From: Alphaproteobacteria bacterium
Lineage (GTDB): Bacteria; Pseudomonadota; Alphaproteobacteria; MPNO01
Assembly (NCBI GenBank): GCA_964291675.2
Contig: OZ219866.1
Coordinates: forward strand, 2,752,001 to 2,816,000
Direction: 5' to 3'
DNA length: 64,000 nt
In this document: positions 24,860 through 34,867 of the stretch, piece by piece
Position numbering within the stretch: position 1 is the first letter of the stretch
How the letters are laid out: each line of letters opens with the position of its first letter
Position numbers and translations under genes: made by a program
Notes under the pieces: generated by a model
What the model saw: only the letters and a program-made list of their open reading frames with translations
What the model was told of the DNA's origin: nothing
The model's database searches: none

Positions 24860-25744
24860 CTACATCTCCGTCCGCACCGCCCAGAGCTCGGGGAACAGGC
24901 GGATGGCGGTGGCCCGGGTCAGATAGCCGACGCCGCTGGTGCCGCCGGTGCCGATCTTGTGGCCGATCACCCGCTCGACGGCGTTGCGGTGGCGGAACCG
25001 CCAGGTCTGGAACAGGTCGTCGATATCGATCAGGTGTTCGGCGAGCTCGTAGAGCTCCCAGTTGCGCGGGCTGGAGCGGTAGATGTCGCGCCACGCCGCC
25101 ATGACGGACCCGTCGGGCTCGCGCCTCTGCGACCAGTCGCGCTCCAGCACCGCGCCGTCGATCGCATGGCCGCGCCGGGCCAGCAGCATCACCACCTCGT
25201 CGTAGAGGCTCGGCCGTTCGAGCAGCGCCACGAGCCGGGCGGCGATCTCGGGCATGTCGGCGAACGGGGCGATGGTCTCGCGCTGCTTGTTGCCGAACAC
25301 GAACTCGATCGAACGGTACTGGAAGGACTGGAAGCCGGAAGAGCGGCCGAGCCCGTCGCGGAACTTCAGATAGTCGGCCGGGGTCATGGTGGTCAGGATG
25401 TGCCAGGCCTGGATCAGGTTCTCCTGGATGCGCTTGACCCGGGCGAAGATCTTGAAGGCCGGGCGCAATTCGTCGTCGCGGACAAGCGGGAAGGCGGCCT
25501 CGAGCTCGTGCAGCATCAGCTTCATCCACAGCTCCTTGACCTGGTGCAGGATGAAGAACAGCGCCTCGTCATGCGCGCCGGTGATCGAGGGCTGGGCGTT
25601 GAGGATCTTGTCGAGCTCGAGGAAGTCGTGATAGCTGCGCCCGCCCTGGAGGTCGGTGTGGAAGGTCTCGCCGGCGAACTCCTGGCCGAGCCGGGCGTCG
25701 CCGCGGGTCTGCGCGCCGGGCGCGCTGTCGTCTCGCTCGGTCAT
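24860..25744 (-). CDS. kynA: tryptophan 2,3-dioxygenase
   Basis: HDEALFFILHQVKELW, SSGFQSFQYR, WRFRH, VERVIGHKIGTGGTSG, FPELW. Confidence 0.95.
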   Translation of the reverse strand: MTERDDSAPGAQTRGDARLGQEFAGETFHTDLQGGRSYHDFLELDKILNAQPSITGAHDEALFFILHQVKELWMKLMLHELEAAFPLVRDDELRPAFKIFARVKRIQENLIQAWHILTTMTPADYLKFRDGLGRSSGFQSFQYRSIEFVFGNKQRETIAPFADMPEIAARLVALLERPSLYDEVVMLLARRGHAIDGAVLERDWSQRREPDGSVMAAWRDIYRSSPRNWELYELAEHLIDIDDLFQTWRFRHRNAVERVIGHKIGTGGTSGVGYLTRATAIRLFPELWAVRTEM

Positions 25745-25778
25745 GCCGTTCCCGCCGCCGCCCCGGGCGGCCAGGGGC

Positions 25779-26783
25779 TCACTCGTACTTCGCGGCCGCT
25801 TCCTTGAGCATGTCGTAGACCTTCTTCACCTCCGGCAGGTCCTCGACCACCGCCTCGCCCACCTGCGACAGGCGCCGGCGCATCTCGGCCCGGTCCTCCG
25901 GCGAGAGGTCGTAGATGTTGGCGCCGTTGTCCTTCCAGATCTTCTCGTTCTTCGCGAGGAACGCCTCGCTGAAGGCGAGCGTCTCCCAATCGGTGTTCTG
26001 GCCCTCTTCCATGACGATCTGGCGGATATCCGCGGGAAGCTTCCTGAGGAAAGCCGGGTTGGTGACGGTCTCCACGCAGATCACCGATTCCAGCGTCCGG
26101 GTGAGGTGCTTGGTGACCGACCAGTACTTGAAGGTGACGAAGATCGCGAGGCCGCTCTTCATCCCGTCGACCGTGCCGCGCTGCAGCGCCTGCAACGCTT
26201 CCAGCAGAGGGATGGGGGCCGCCGCGCCGCCCAGCCGGCGCACCGTCTCGCGCTCGATGGCGCTCGCGAAGACGCGGATCTTCTTGCCCTTGAAGTCGTC
26301 GAGCTTGAGGATCGGCCGGCGCGAGACATAGTGCGCGAGGTCGCCGCAATAGATCCCGACCCCGGTGATGCCCTTCTTGTCGGCCATCGAGAAGAACATC
26401 TTCTTGAACGCGGGGTCGTGCAGCGAGTTCTGCGCGTGGCGCAGGTCGCGGAAGATGCCGGGCGAGGATGTCACCATGAAGCGCTTGTCGATGCCGACGA
26501 AGAAGTCGGGCGGCAGCAGCGTCATCTCTTGGGTGCCGAGCTGGACGCCCTCGATCTGGCGGTGAATGCCGCCGAGCTGGCCGGCCGGGAACACCCGCAC
26601 GTCCACCCGGTTGCCGATGCGCCGCTCCACGTTCTTCTCGAAGTTGATCATCCACTGGTGGACGGTGTCCTTGATCGTGACCGAGCCGATCTTGATCTCG
26701 ATCTTGTCCTTGGCCCATGCGCCCGGGGCGAGAACCAGCGACGCGGCGAGCGATGCGGCGAACATGCGGGTGGGGGTGAGCAT
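25779..26783 (-). CDS. TRAP transporter solute-binding protein (DctP family)
   Basis: Signal peptide, VFPAGQLG, DFKGKKIRV, ALQRGTVDG; GGAG RBS upstream. Confidence 0.9.
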   Translation of the reverse strand: MLTPTRMFAASLAASLVLAPGAWAKDKIEIKIGSVTIKDTVHQWMINFEKNVERRIGNRVDVRVFPAGQLGGIHRQIEGVQLGTQEMTLLPPDFFVGIDKRFMVTSSPGIFRDLRHAQNSLHDPAFKKMFFSMADKKGITGVGIYCGDLAHYVSRRPILKLDDFKGKKIRVFASAIERETVRRLGGAAAPIPLLEALQALQRGTVDGMKSGLAIFVTFKYWSVTKHLTRTLESVICVETVTNPAFLRKLPADIRQIVMEEGQNTDWETLAFSEAFLAKNEKIWKDNGANIYDLSPEDRAEMRRRLSQVGEAVVEDLPEVKKVYDMLKEAAAKYE

Positions 26784-27087
26784 CGAAACCTTCTCCATCT
26801 GCGGACCGGCCCGCCGGGCGGATCGTGCGCGGCTGCGCCGAAGCGCAAACGATGACATCGCCCGTGCCCGCTTGCAAACGCCGCCCCGACGCCGCCGAGC
26901 TGGACCGGTCGGATGAGCGGGGGTTTCGCGAGCGCTACGCGCTCACGCCGCTGGTCCCCCGCGCGCGGGACCCCGGCGACCCCGGGCGCTGGCAGACGGT
27001 CTGCGGAAAGCCCCTCGCGGCCCTCGCGCAAGGCTGGAGGTCGACGCTCGGCGGGTAGGGGCGGGATGTCCGGCCGCCGAGCTGTCG

Positions 27088-27516
27088 CTACTCCAGGCGG
27101 ATCGCCCGTAATGGTTCGAACCGGTCGAAATCCCGGTCGTTCGTCAGCACGGTGTCGATTCCGTGTTCAAGGCACAGGGCCGCGATCTGGGCGTCGAACA
27201 TCAGATTGCCGCGCGTCTGCGCCCGCCGGGCGGTGTCGATCAGGATTTCGATGAACTCCGCGCCGGGGCGTACGATCTCGCAGCTCGGAGCGGAAGCGAT
27301 CCCCTCGACGAACGCGGTCGCCTGCGCGACCGTGGAGGCCGGGTTGAACACGCGCGGGTGCGTGACGACCCGCAGGAATTCGGTCACGCAGAACACCGGC
27401 AGAGCCCATCTCTCCGCCCCTTCGGCCAGGATGACGAGCCTCGACGCGGCTGCCTCATGCAGCGCCGTCTCGCCCCGATGCGCACATATCAGAATGTTCG
27501 TATCGAGCGCGATCAC
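27088..27516 (-). CDS. vapC: PIN-domain toxin VapC
   Basis: IALDTNIL, EFLRVVTHP, FDAQIAA, TNDRDF. Confidence 0.92.
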   Translation of the reverse strand: MIALDTNILICAHRGETALHEAAASRLVILAEGAERWALPVFCVTEFLRVVTHPRVFNPASTVAQATAFVEGIASAPSCEIVRPGAEFIEILIDTARRAQTRGNLMFDAQIAALCLEHGIDTVLTNDRDFDRFEPLRAIRLE

Positions 27517-27749
27517 GCGCCGTCGATCACGTCATAGAGGGCGTTCCGGTCGGCAACGTCCACGTTGGGCGGCGCGTAACCGGTCACCGTCGCCAGCTTG
27601 AGCCGGTAACCCCGCGCCCCGCCGCGCGGCTCGGACAGACGGGCGCGCAGCGCGTCCTCCACGAACCGGGTGAGTGTGATACCGTCCCGCGCCGCGCGCC
27701 GCTTCGCCAGGCGCAGCACCCGATCGTTCAGATTGAGCGTCGTCTTCAT
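27513..27749 (-). CDS. vapB: VapB-type RHH antitoxin
   Basis: MKTTLNLNDRVLRLAKRRAA...VEDALR; 4-nt overlap with vapC. Confidence 0.88.
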   Translation of the reverse strand: MKTTLNLNDRVLRLAKRRAARDGITLTRFVEDALRARLSEPRGGARGYRLKLATVTGYAPPNVDVADRNALYDVIDGA

Positions 27750-27892
27750 CGCGGATCGGCCGGGACGGTTGCGTATGGCTGAACCATATCGCCGGCGGAA
27801 ACACATGGAAAGCGGTTCCGCAGGCTTTGCCGCCCGGCGCGGCGGCGGTCACAATATCCGCGGGCCGGGCGCGCCGGCCGGGAGGGGGTGCG

Positions 27893-29107
27893 ATGGCGGA
27901 GGACAGGCTCGCGCTGAGGCGGCGCTACCCGACGGCGCAGGATCTGCGCCGGCGGGCGCGCCGCGTGCTGCCGCGCTTCGCCTTCGAGTACATGGACGGC
28001 GGCGCGGGCGCCGATACCGGCATCGCCCGCAACTGGGCCGCGTTCGACGACGTGCAGCTTGTGCCCCGCTACGCCCGTGTGATCGAGCCGCCGGCGGGCG
28101 ACACCGAGCTGTTCGGCCGCGCCTATGCCGCGCCCATCGGGATCGCGCCGATCGGCGGGCCGGGCACGGTGCTGCCGGGCGCCGAGACCTATTTGGCGAA
28201 GGCCGCCCAGGCGGCGCGCGTGCCCTATACGCTGGGCGCGCTGTCGGGCATCGATGTCGAGCGGGCGGCCGGGCTCGCGCCCGACGTGCTGTGGTTCCAG
28301 CTCTACCGGTTCTGGCGCGACGACCACCGGATCGGCTTCGATCTCGCGCGCCGCGCCGCCGACGCCGGCGCCCAGGCGCTGGTGCTGACCGTCGACACGC
28401 CGATCCGCACCACCAGGCCGCGCGAGGTGAAGAGCGGGATATCCAACCCCTTCCGGCTGACCGCCCGGCTGCGCCTCCAGGCCCTGTCGTCGCCGCGCTG
28501 GTTCGCCGCGCTGCTGCGCAACGGCATCCCGCGCTTCGTGTCGCTCGCCCCCTATATCGGCGGCAACCCCGGCTTCGCCGAGACCGCTTCGTTCGTCGAG
28601 CGCGAGTTCGGCGGCGCCTTCACCTGGGAGGAGATCGCGCGCTATCGCGACAGGTGGAAGAAGCCGCTGGTGCTCAAGGGCGTGCTCCACCCCGACGACG
28701 CCGAGCGCGCGGTCTCGCTCGGGCTCGACGGGATCTTCGTCTCCAACCACGGCGGGCGGCAGATCGACGCGCTGCCGCCGCCGATCGACCTGCTTCCGGC
28801 GATCGCCGCGCGGGTCGGCGGGCGGGCGACGATCGTCGTCGACAGCGGCGTCCGGTCCGGCGTCGACGTGGCGCGCGGCATCGCGCTCGGCGCCGATGCG
28901 GCCTTCGCCGGCAAGGCGTTCCTGTGGAGCCTCGGCGCGCTCGGCGCGCGCGGGCCGGGACACCTGATCGATCTGTTCGCGGACGACCTGCGCGCCACCC
29001 TCGGCCAGCTCGGCTGCGCCAATCTGGAAGAGCTCCGCTCGGTCGTCGTGCGCCACGACCGCGCGGTCGAGATCGGCGATTGCCGGGCGGAGGGCGGTCC
29101 GGGGTGA
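27893..29107 (+). CDS. FMN-dependent alpha-hydroxy-acid oxidase/dehydrogenase
   Basis: FEYMDGGAG, WFQLY, LTVD, VLKGV, VSNHGGRQ, DSGVRSG. Confidence 0.93.
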   Translation: MAEDRLALRRRYPTAQDLRRRARRVLPRFAFEYMDGGAGADTGIARNWAAFDDVQLVPRYARVIEPPAGDTELFGRAYAAPIGIAPIGGPGTVLPGAETYLAKAAQAARVPYTLGALSGIDVERAAGLAPDVLWFQLYRFWRDDHRIGFDLARRAADAGAQALVLTVDTPIRTTRPREVKSGISNPFRLTARLRLQALSSPRWFAALLRNGIPRFVSLAPYIGGNPGFAETASFVEREFGGAFTWEEIARYRDRWKKPLVLKGVLHPDDAERAVSLGLDGIFVSNHGGRQIDALPPPIDLLPAIAARVGGRATIVVDSGVRSGVDVARGIALGADAAFAGKAFLWSLGALGARGPGHLIDLFADDLRATLGQLGCANLEELRSVVVRHDRAVEIGDCRAEGGPG

Positions 29108-29138
29108 GTCTTCTCCGCCGCCTGTCCCGCCCGCGGCG

Positions 29139-29558
29139 TCAGCCGCCGAAATAGGCGATGACCTCGGCCGGGATCTCCGCCGCCTTCAGCCGGCCCGAAC
29201 CGTCCGGGTGGCGGATGCCCCAGAACCGGATATCGGTGGCCTCGACGGCGATCCTGCCGGAATTGGTGAGCGTGTGGGTCATCTCCAGCGTCTTGCGCCG
29301 GAAGCCCGCGATCCGGGTCTCGATCTGGAGCGCATCGTGCAGCCGGCACGGGCCCTTGAAGGCGGCGCGGGTGTCGACCAGCGGCAGCCCGACGATGCCG
29401 TGCGCCGCCTCGAGCTCGCGCAACGGCCATCCGGCGGTGTCGAAGAACTTCCACATCGCGGTGTCGAACCAGCGGAAATAGTTGGGGTAGTAGACCGCGC
29501 CGGACGGCGCGCAGTCGCCCCAGCCCACGGTGATGGAGAGCGTGCCGGTATATTTCAC
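29139..29558 (-). CDS. 4HBT-like acyl-CoA thioesterase
   Basis: WGDCAPSGAVYYPNYFRWFD. Confidence 0.88.
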   Translation of the reverse strand: MKYTGTLSITVGWGDCAPSGAVYYPNYFRWFDTAMWKFFDTAGWPLRELEAAHGIVGLPLVDTRAAFKGPCRLHDALQIETRIAGFRRKTLEMTHTLTNSGRIAVEATDIRFWGIRHPDGSGRLKAAEIPAEVIAYFGG

Positions 29559-29719
29559 GCGGGATCCTTCGCTCCGGGATGGCGATGCGCGAGATGCCGC
29601 GCCGTCTGTTGACAGGACTTCGGGCGAGCCAAATACTTGCCGCGCAAATCCAGTATTCGGCCCGCCTCCGGCACTGTCAACGGACCGGGCTTTTCGGGGC
29701 GGCAGTTCGGGGACGAGGC

Positions 29720-30148
29720 ATGATCAAGATCACCGGTTTCGAGCACATTTCCATCGGCGCGGCCGATACCGAGCCCTCGGCGAGCGTGCTCGCGCTGTTC
29801 GGCATCAAGCCGCTCTACGGCGAGGACATCCATCCGCACGGGGTGACCACGACCTATTACGAGCACGAGGACTACGAGCAGACCCGCGTGCGCTTCGAGA
29901 TCATCCGCCCGGCCGACGAGAAGGCCCCGCTCAACCATTTTCTCGAGAAGAGAGGGCCCGGGATCCATCACATCTGCCTGCAGGTGGAGGATCTGGAAGA
30001 CGCCATGCGGCAGATCAGGGATGCGGGCGGGCAGCTCGTCGAGCCGGTGTTCGACGATTCGCGCGGCCGCCACGTGTTCGTCCATCCCAAATCCACCGGC
30101 GGGTATCTGCTTGGCCTGATCGAGCTGCACCCGGACCAGAAACCCTAG
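29720..30148 (+). CDS. methylmalonyl-CoA epimerase-like VOC protein
   Basis: EHISI, FLEKRGPGIHHICLQV, FVHPKSTGG. Confidence 0.82.
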   Translation: MIKITGFEHISIGAADTEPSASVLALFGIKPLYGEDIHPHGVTTTYYEHEDYEQTRVRFEIIRPADEKAPLNHFLEKRGPGIHHICLQVEDLEDAMRQIRDAGGQLVEPVFDDSRGRHVFVHPKSTGGYLLGLIELHPDQKP

Positions 30149-30155
30149 GCGTTCG

Positions 30156-31043
30156 ATGTCCGGAAAAATCTCCCTGACCGTGCTGGAGTGCGGGGTCACC
30201 GCGCTCGACTTCGAGCTGGTCGCCACCGGCCATCCCGACAAGCAGGCTTCGCAGCATCTCGCCTGCGGCCACCCGCGCCTCGGCGAAGGCCAGATCGCCC
30301 ATCCCTGCTACGCCTACATCATCGAGCACCCGGGCGGGCGGATCCTGGTCGATACCGGGTTCAGCGACTCGGCCAAGCGGGACTGGAAGAACGAACACTA
30401 CAAGGGCGCGATGGATTACGAGCCCGGCGAGGACGGGCTGTTCTCCCAGCGCCTGGAGCAGCACGGTCTGACGCCCGAGGATTTCGACGACGTCATCGTC
30501 ACCCACCTGCACACCGACCACGCCGGCAATCTGCCGAAATTCGCCGCCACCGACGCGCGCATCCTGCTGCACGAGGAGGAGCTGCGCGGCATCGTCGAGG
30601 TCAAGGGCGGCATGCTGCGGGACGATCTGGTGACCATGTGGGGCGTCACCAGCCCGCAGGGCTTTACCCGCAAGGACTGGGCCTGCCTGATGCCCAACCG
30701 CGCCACCACCGTGTTCGGCGACATGGAGATCTATCGCGGCATCTGGACGGTCAGCCTGCCCGGCCACACCTGGGGCTCGATCGGCGTCGCCGTGAACCTG
30801 CCCCATACCGGCTGGGTGCTGCTGGCGTCCGATCACATCTACCTGGCCGCGACCTGGGGCGACCCGTTCGTCGGCAATATCCTCAACCAGAACCCGACGG
30901 CGTGGGCGCAATCGGCCGTCAAATGCCGCCGGCTGCAGGAAAAATACGGCATGCGGATCTTCCCCGGCCATGACAACAGGATCATCGCCCCCGACCCCGA
31001 CGAGTCGTTCGTTCTGGAGGACGTGAGGCCGTTCTACGACTGA
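30156..31043 (+). CDS. N-acyl-homoserine-lactonase family metallo-beta-lactamase
   Basis: LVDTG, THLHTDHAG, PGHT, ASD, FPGHD. Confidence 0.88.
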   Translation: MSGKISLTVLECGVTALDFELVATGHPDKQASQHLACGHPRLGEGQIAHPCYAYIIEHPGGRILVDTGFSDSAKRDWKNEHYKGAMDYEPGEDGLFSQRLEQHGLTPEDFDDVIVTHLHTDHAGNLPKFAATDARILLHEEELRGIVEVKGGMLRDDLVTMWGVTSPQGFTRKDWACLMPNRATTVFGDMEIYRGIWTVSLPGHTWGSIGVAVNLPHTGWVLLASDHIYLAATWGDPFVGNILNQNPTAWAQSAVKCRRLQEKYGMRIFPGHDNRIIAPDPDESFVLEDVRPFYD

Positions 31044-31064
31044 GCGCGGGCGGCGGGGGCCGGC

Positions 31065-32708
31065 ATGGCGCGGACGATCCGCTCGCTGCCCAGCCTCGCG
31101 CGGCGCCCCCGCGCGGCGTGGGAGGCGCAGGGCTGGTGGGCGCGCGAGCCGCTGTGGCGGCGCGTGCGCGACCGCGCCGCCGCCGAGCCCGACAAGCCGG
31201 CGGTCATCGACGAGACCGGATCGCTGAGCTACCGCGCGCTGTGGCGGGCCGCGCTCGCCGGCGCGGCGGGCATGCGGGCGGAAGGGCTCCGCCCGGGCGA
31301 GATCGTGCTGACCCAGCTTCCCAACTGGCGCGAATTCGCCGCCGTCATGCTGGCCTGCGAGGTCGGCGGGGCGGTGTTCTCGTTCTGCCCCGTCACCTGG
31401 GGGGTGCGCGAATGCGCGCGCGCCCTCGACCTGCTGCGCCCGAGGCTCTGGGTGACCTCCTGCGAGTATCTCGGTGACGACCGCATGGACACCGTGAGCG
31501 GCGCGCTGGCGGAGGCGGAGGAGCCGCCCCAGCCGGTGCTGGTGCGGGGCGGCGCGGCGGGCTTTCGCGCCTGGTCGGAGATCCTCGACGCGGCCTCCGC
31601 GGCGAGCGAAGAGGAGGCCGCCGAGAACGCCGGAAGCGGGCTCTATCCGCTGGAGATCGCCGTCACCTCGGGGACCACGGGCTTCCCCAAGGGCGTCGTC
31701 CACGCCCATGACACGGCGCTCTATACGGTGCAGTCGACCATCGACAGGCAGGGGATCGGCGAGCGCGACGTGGTCCATCTGGCGCTCCCCGTCGGCCACA
31801 CCTTCGGCTATTTCTACGGCGTGCGCTGCGCCTTGCAGGCGGGCGGCACGGTGCTGCTGCAGGAGCGCTGGGACGCGCGGCGCATGGCCGAGCTCGCGCG
31901 CGCCCACGGCGCCACGGTGTCGCTCGGCACCGCCGCCTTCGTCATCGACCTCTTGGGCGCCGGCGAGGACGTGCGCCGGGCGCTCGCGGGTGTGTGGATG
32001 TTCACCCAGTCCGGCGACGCCATGCCCGCCCCGGTCGCCGAGCGGGCCCACCGGGAGCTGCCGTTCCGCATCTCGCGCGCGCTCGGCATGACCGAGTTCG
32101 GCCACGTCGCCTCGACCGACGCCGCCTCTCCCCCCGCACGGGTCTTCGACAGCGCCGGCACCGCCCAGCAGGGGATCGAGATCGACATCGCCGACGCCGA
32201 CGGCGCGCGCCTGCCGCCCGGCGAGGAGGGCCGCATCCTGGTCCGCGGTCCGGCGGTCTGCGCCGGCTACCTCCGCCCCGACGGCGCCATCGAGGACATG
32301 GTGGACGCGGACGGGTTTTTTGACACCGGAGACCTCGGCCGGCTCGACGAGGCGGGCTATCTGCGGATCACCGGCCGGCTCAAGAACGTGCTGCGGCGCG
32401 GCGCGGAGACCGTGCCGGTCGCCGATCTGGAGGACGTGCTGTCCTCCCACCCCGCCGTCGTGTGCGCCCTGGTCGTCGGCCTGCCGGACGAGCGGCTCGG
32501 CGATCTGCCGATCGCCTGCGTCGAGCTCCGCCCCGGCGCCAGCCTGACCATGGACGATCTGCGCGCGTATTTCGCCGGTCGTGGAATCACGCGGAAATTC
32601 TGGCCGACCGGCATCCACCTGGTCGAGCGATGGCCGATCGGACCGACCGGCAAGACCGACCGCCGGATGCTGCTCGCCGCATACCGGGACGCCGCGGGAA
32701 GGGGCTGA
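31065..32708 (+). CDS. AMP-binding acyl-CoA ligase (cyclohexanecarboxylate-CoA-ligase-like)
   Basis: TSGTTGFPKG, GMTE, FDTGDLG, GRLKN, TGK. Confidence 0.9.
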   Translation: MARTIRSLPSLARRPRAAWEAQGWWAREPLWRRVRDRAAAEPDKPAVIDETGSLSYRALWRAALAGAAGMRAEGLRPGEIVLTQLPNWREFAAVMLACEVGGAVFSFCPVTWGVRECARALDLLRPRLWVTSCEYLGDDRMDTVSGALAEAEEPPQPVLVRGGAAGFRAWSEILDAASAASEEEAAENAGSGLYPLEIAVTSGTTGFPKGVVHAHDTALYTVQSTIDRQGIGERDVVHLALPVGHTFGYFYGVRCALQAGGTVLLQERWDARRMAELARAHGATVSLGTAAFVIDLLGAGEDVRRALAGVWMFTQSGDAMPAPVAERAHRELPFRISRALGMTEFGHVASTDAASPPARVFDSAGTAQQGIEIDIADADGARLPPGEEGRILVRGPAVCAGYLRPDGAIEDMVDADGFFDTGDLGRLDEAGYLRITGRLKNVLRRGAETVPVADLEDVLSSHPAVVCALVVGLPDERLGDLPIACVELRPGASLTMDDLRAYFAGRGITRKFWPTGIHLVERWPIGPTGKTDRRMLLAAYRDAAGRG

Positions 32709-32713
32709 CGCGG

Positions 32714-32890
32714 CGTCCCTCGATACGCCCCCTTCGGGCGCTGCTCGGGATGAGGCCAGGTCGGCATGCCCGGGAAACCCCCTCATCCCGAGTAGCGGCG
32801 AAGCCGCGTATCGAAGGACGCCTCGCACCCGGCCTCGGCTGCCCTCCCGTCATGCCCGGCCTCCGGAACGAGCCCGGCCATGGCGATGGG
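32714..32890. repeat. inverted pair of family A REPs plus a degenerate family B REP
   Basis: gtccctcgatacg...gggatgagg at 32716-32756; cctcatcccgagtag...gtatcgaaggac at 32780-32819. Confidence 0.8.
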
Positions 32891-33019
32891 AGAGCGCCGG
32901 GCGCGTATCGACGCATCGCGCTCGACCCCCGGGCAGGTGAAATCGTACCGTATCGCGCGCATGGCTCGCGGGAAACCTGGCTCGGAAACACGAAAATATC
33001 CCGACCGGCAAAATACTGC

Positions 33020-33048
33020 TTGACATGGGACGCGTTTTGGTCTATATT
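33020..33048 (+). promoter_or_regulatory. sigma70-type promoter of the UbiD gene
   Basis: TTGACA-N17-TATATT. Confidence 0.65.
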
Positions 33049-33143
33049 TGCCACAGTCGCGAAATGGGGCGCCGGAGAGACCGGCGCCCTCTTTCGCGGC
33101 CCGGGCCGGGCGGTATGATGGCCGCGGCAGACATGCGGGAGGG

Positions 33144-34574
33144 ATGGACGTGGCGAACAAGGACTTGCGCGACTGGGTGGCGGAGCTCGACGCGGCGGGC
33201 CAGCTGGAGACCGTGACCGGCGCGGACCGCGAGGAGGAGATCGGCGGCATCGTCGACATCGCGATGCGCAAGATGACCAACCCGGCGGTGATGTTCGACG
33301 AGGTGCCGGGCTATCCCAGAGGCCACCGGGTGCTGGCCAACATCCTGACCTCGGTGCCGCGCATCAACCTCGCGCTCGGCCTGCCCATCGACACGCCCGA
33401 GGTGGCGCTGGTCAATCGCTGGCGCGACTACATGCGCGACCAGCCGGTGCACGCCCCCGTCGAGGTCAATGGCGGGCCGCTCAACGAGAACGTGTTCGAG
33501 GGCGACGACATCGACATCACCACCATCCCCTCGCCGCGCTGGCACGAGCGCGACGGCGGCTACTATATCGGCACCGCCTGCATGGTGGTGATGCAGGACC
33601 CGGACTCGGGCTGGATCAATTACGGCGCCTACCGCGTCCAGGCGCACGACCCCAGGACCGCCTCGGTCATGGTGTCCAGGGGCAAGCACGGCAACATGAT
33701 CATGAACAAGTATTTCGACCGCGGCGAGCGCTGCCCGGTCGCCGTGGTCGCCGGGATGCACCCGGCGCTGTTCATGGTCGCCGGGCTGGAGATGCCGCAC
33801 GGCGCGAACGAGTACGACTGCGCCGGCGGGCTGCTGGGCGAGGCGGTGCAGATCATCAACATGCCGAAGACCGGGCTCCCCGTCCCGGCCAATGCCGAGA
33901 TCGCCTTCGAGGGGTTCGTCGCGCGCGACGACCTGGTCGACGAGGGGCCGTTCGGCGAGTGGGCAGGCTACTACGCGGGCGACATGCACCCCGAGCCCGC
34001 CATCCGCATCGAGACCTTCATGCACCGCGACGCCCCGATCCTGCTGGGCGCCATCCCCGGCGTGCCGCCCAACGACGACACGTTCTACCGCGGCACCTAT
34101 CGCTGCGGCGCGGTGTGGAACCAGCTGGAAGCCGCCGGCGTGCCCGAGGTCAAGGGGGTGTGGGCGCACGAGGCGGGGGGGAGCCGGATGTGGCTCACCG
34201 TGTCGATCCGCCAGATGTATGGCGGGCACTCCAAGCAGGCCGGCATGATCGCCTCGCAATGCCACGCCGGCGCCTATGCCAATCGCTGGGTGGTGGTGGT
34301 CGACGACGACATCGACCCGGCCAACATGAACGACGTGCTGTGGGCGATGTGCACCCGCTGCGACCCGCGCGAGGGGATCGAGGTGATCCGCGGCGGCTGG
34401 AGCACCCATCTCGACCCGATGTGCTACAGCCACGACGACCGGCGCAACGCCCGCGTGGTGGTCGATGCCTGCAAACCGTTCGCCCGCGGCGAGGACTTCC
34501 CCGCCGTGGTGCGCAACAGCGCCGGGCTCGAAGCCCGGGTGACCGCCAAGTTCGGCGACCTGTTCGGCGGGTGA
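33144..34574 (+). CDS. UbiD family prFMN-dependent decarboxylase
   Basis: ERDGGYYI, NYGAYR, EIAFEG, EGPFGEWAGYY, VVVDDDIDP. Confidence 0.93.
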   Translation: MDVANKDLRDWVAELDAAGQLETVTGADREEEIGGIVDIAMRKMTNPAVMFDEVPGYPRGHRVLANILTSVPRINLALGLPIDTPEVALVNRWRDYMRDQPVHAPVEVNGGPLNENVFEGDDIDITTIPSPRWHERDGGYYIGTACMVVMQDPDSGWINYGAYRVQAHDPRTASVMVSRGKHGNMIMNKYFDRGERCPVAVVAGMHPALFMVAGLEMPHGANEYDCAGGLLGEAVQIINMPKTGLPVPANAEIAFEGFVARDDLVDEGPFGEWAGYYAGDMHPEPAIRIETFMHRDAPILLGAIPGVPPNDDTFYRGTYRCGAVWNQLEAAGVPEVKGVWAHEAGGSRMWLTVSIRQMYGGHSKQAGMIASQCHAGAYANRWVVVVDDDIDPANMNDVLWAMCTRCDPREGIEVIRGGWSTHLDPMCYSHDDRRNARVVVDACKPFARGEDFPAVVRNSAGLEARVTAKFGDLFGG

Positions 34575-34867
34575 GGCGGCTTTCGATAGGCTCCCGTCCG
34601 GGGCTGGTCGGGATGAGGGTGTGGCCAGGCATCGCACCGAAGAGTGCCGAAGCCCGATTCAGAAGATAGCGGCTCTCGGCCGCATCCAAACCCGTCGTTC
34701 TTGCTTTCGATGCCAAGGGAGCAATATACGGAGTGACTTCTGCGAGGTACGGAGCGGCATGATGAGAACCTTCGGTTCCAGCTCCATGGCCTCGCCGGGA
34801 TGGGTGAGGGAACCTGGTTCCGGTTCAACACGCTCACGTTTGACCGGAAATGTCGGGAACATGAACG

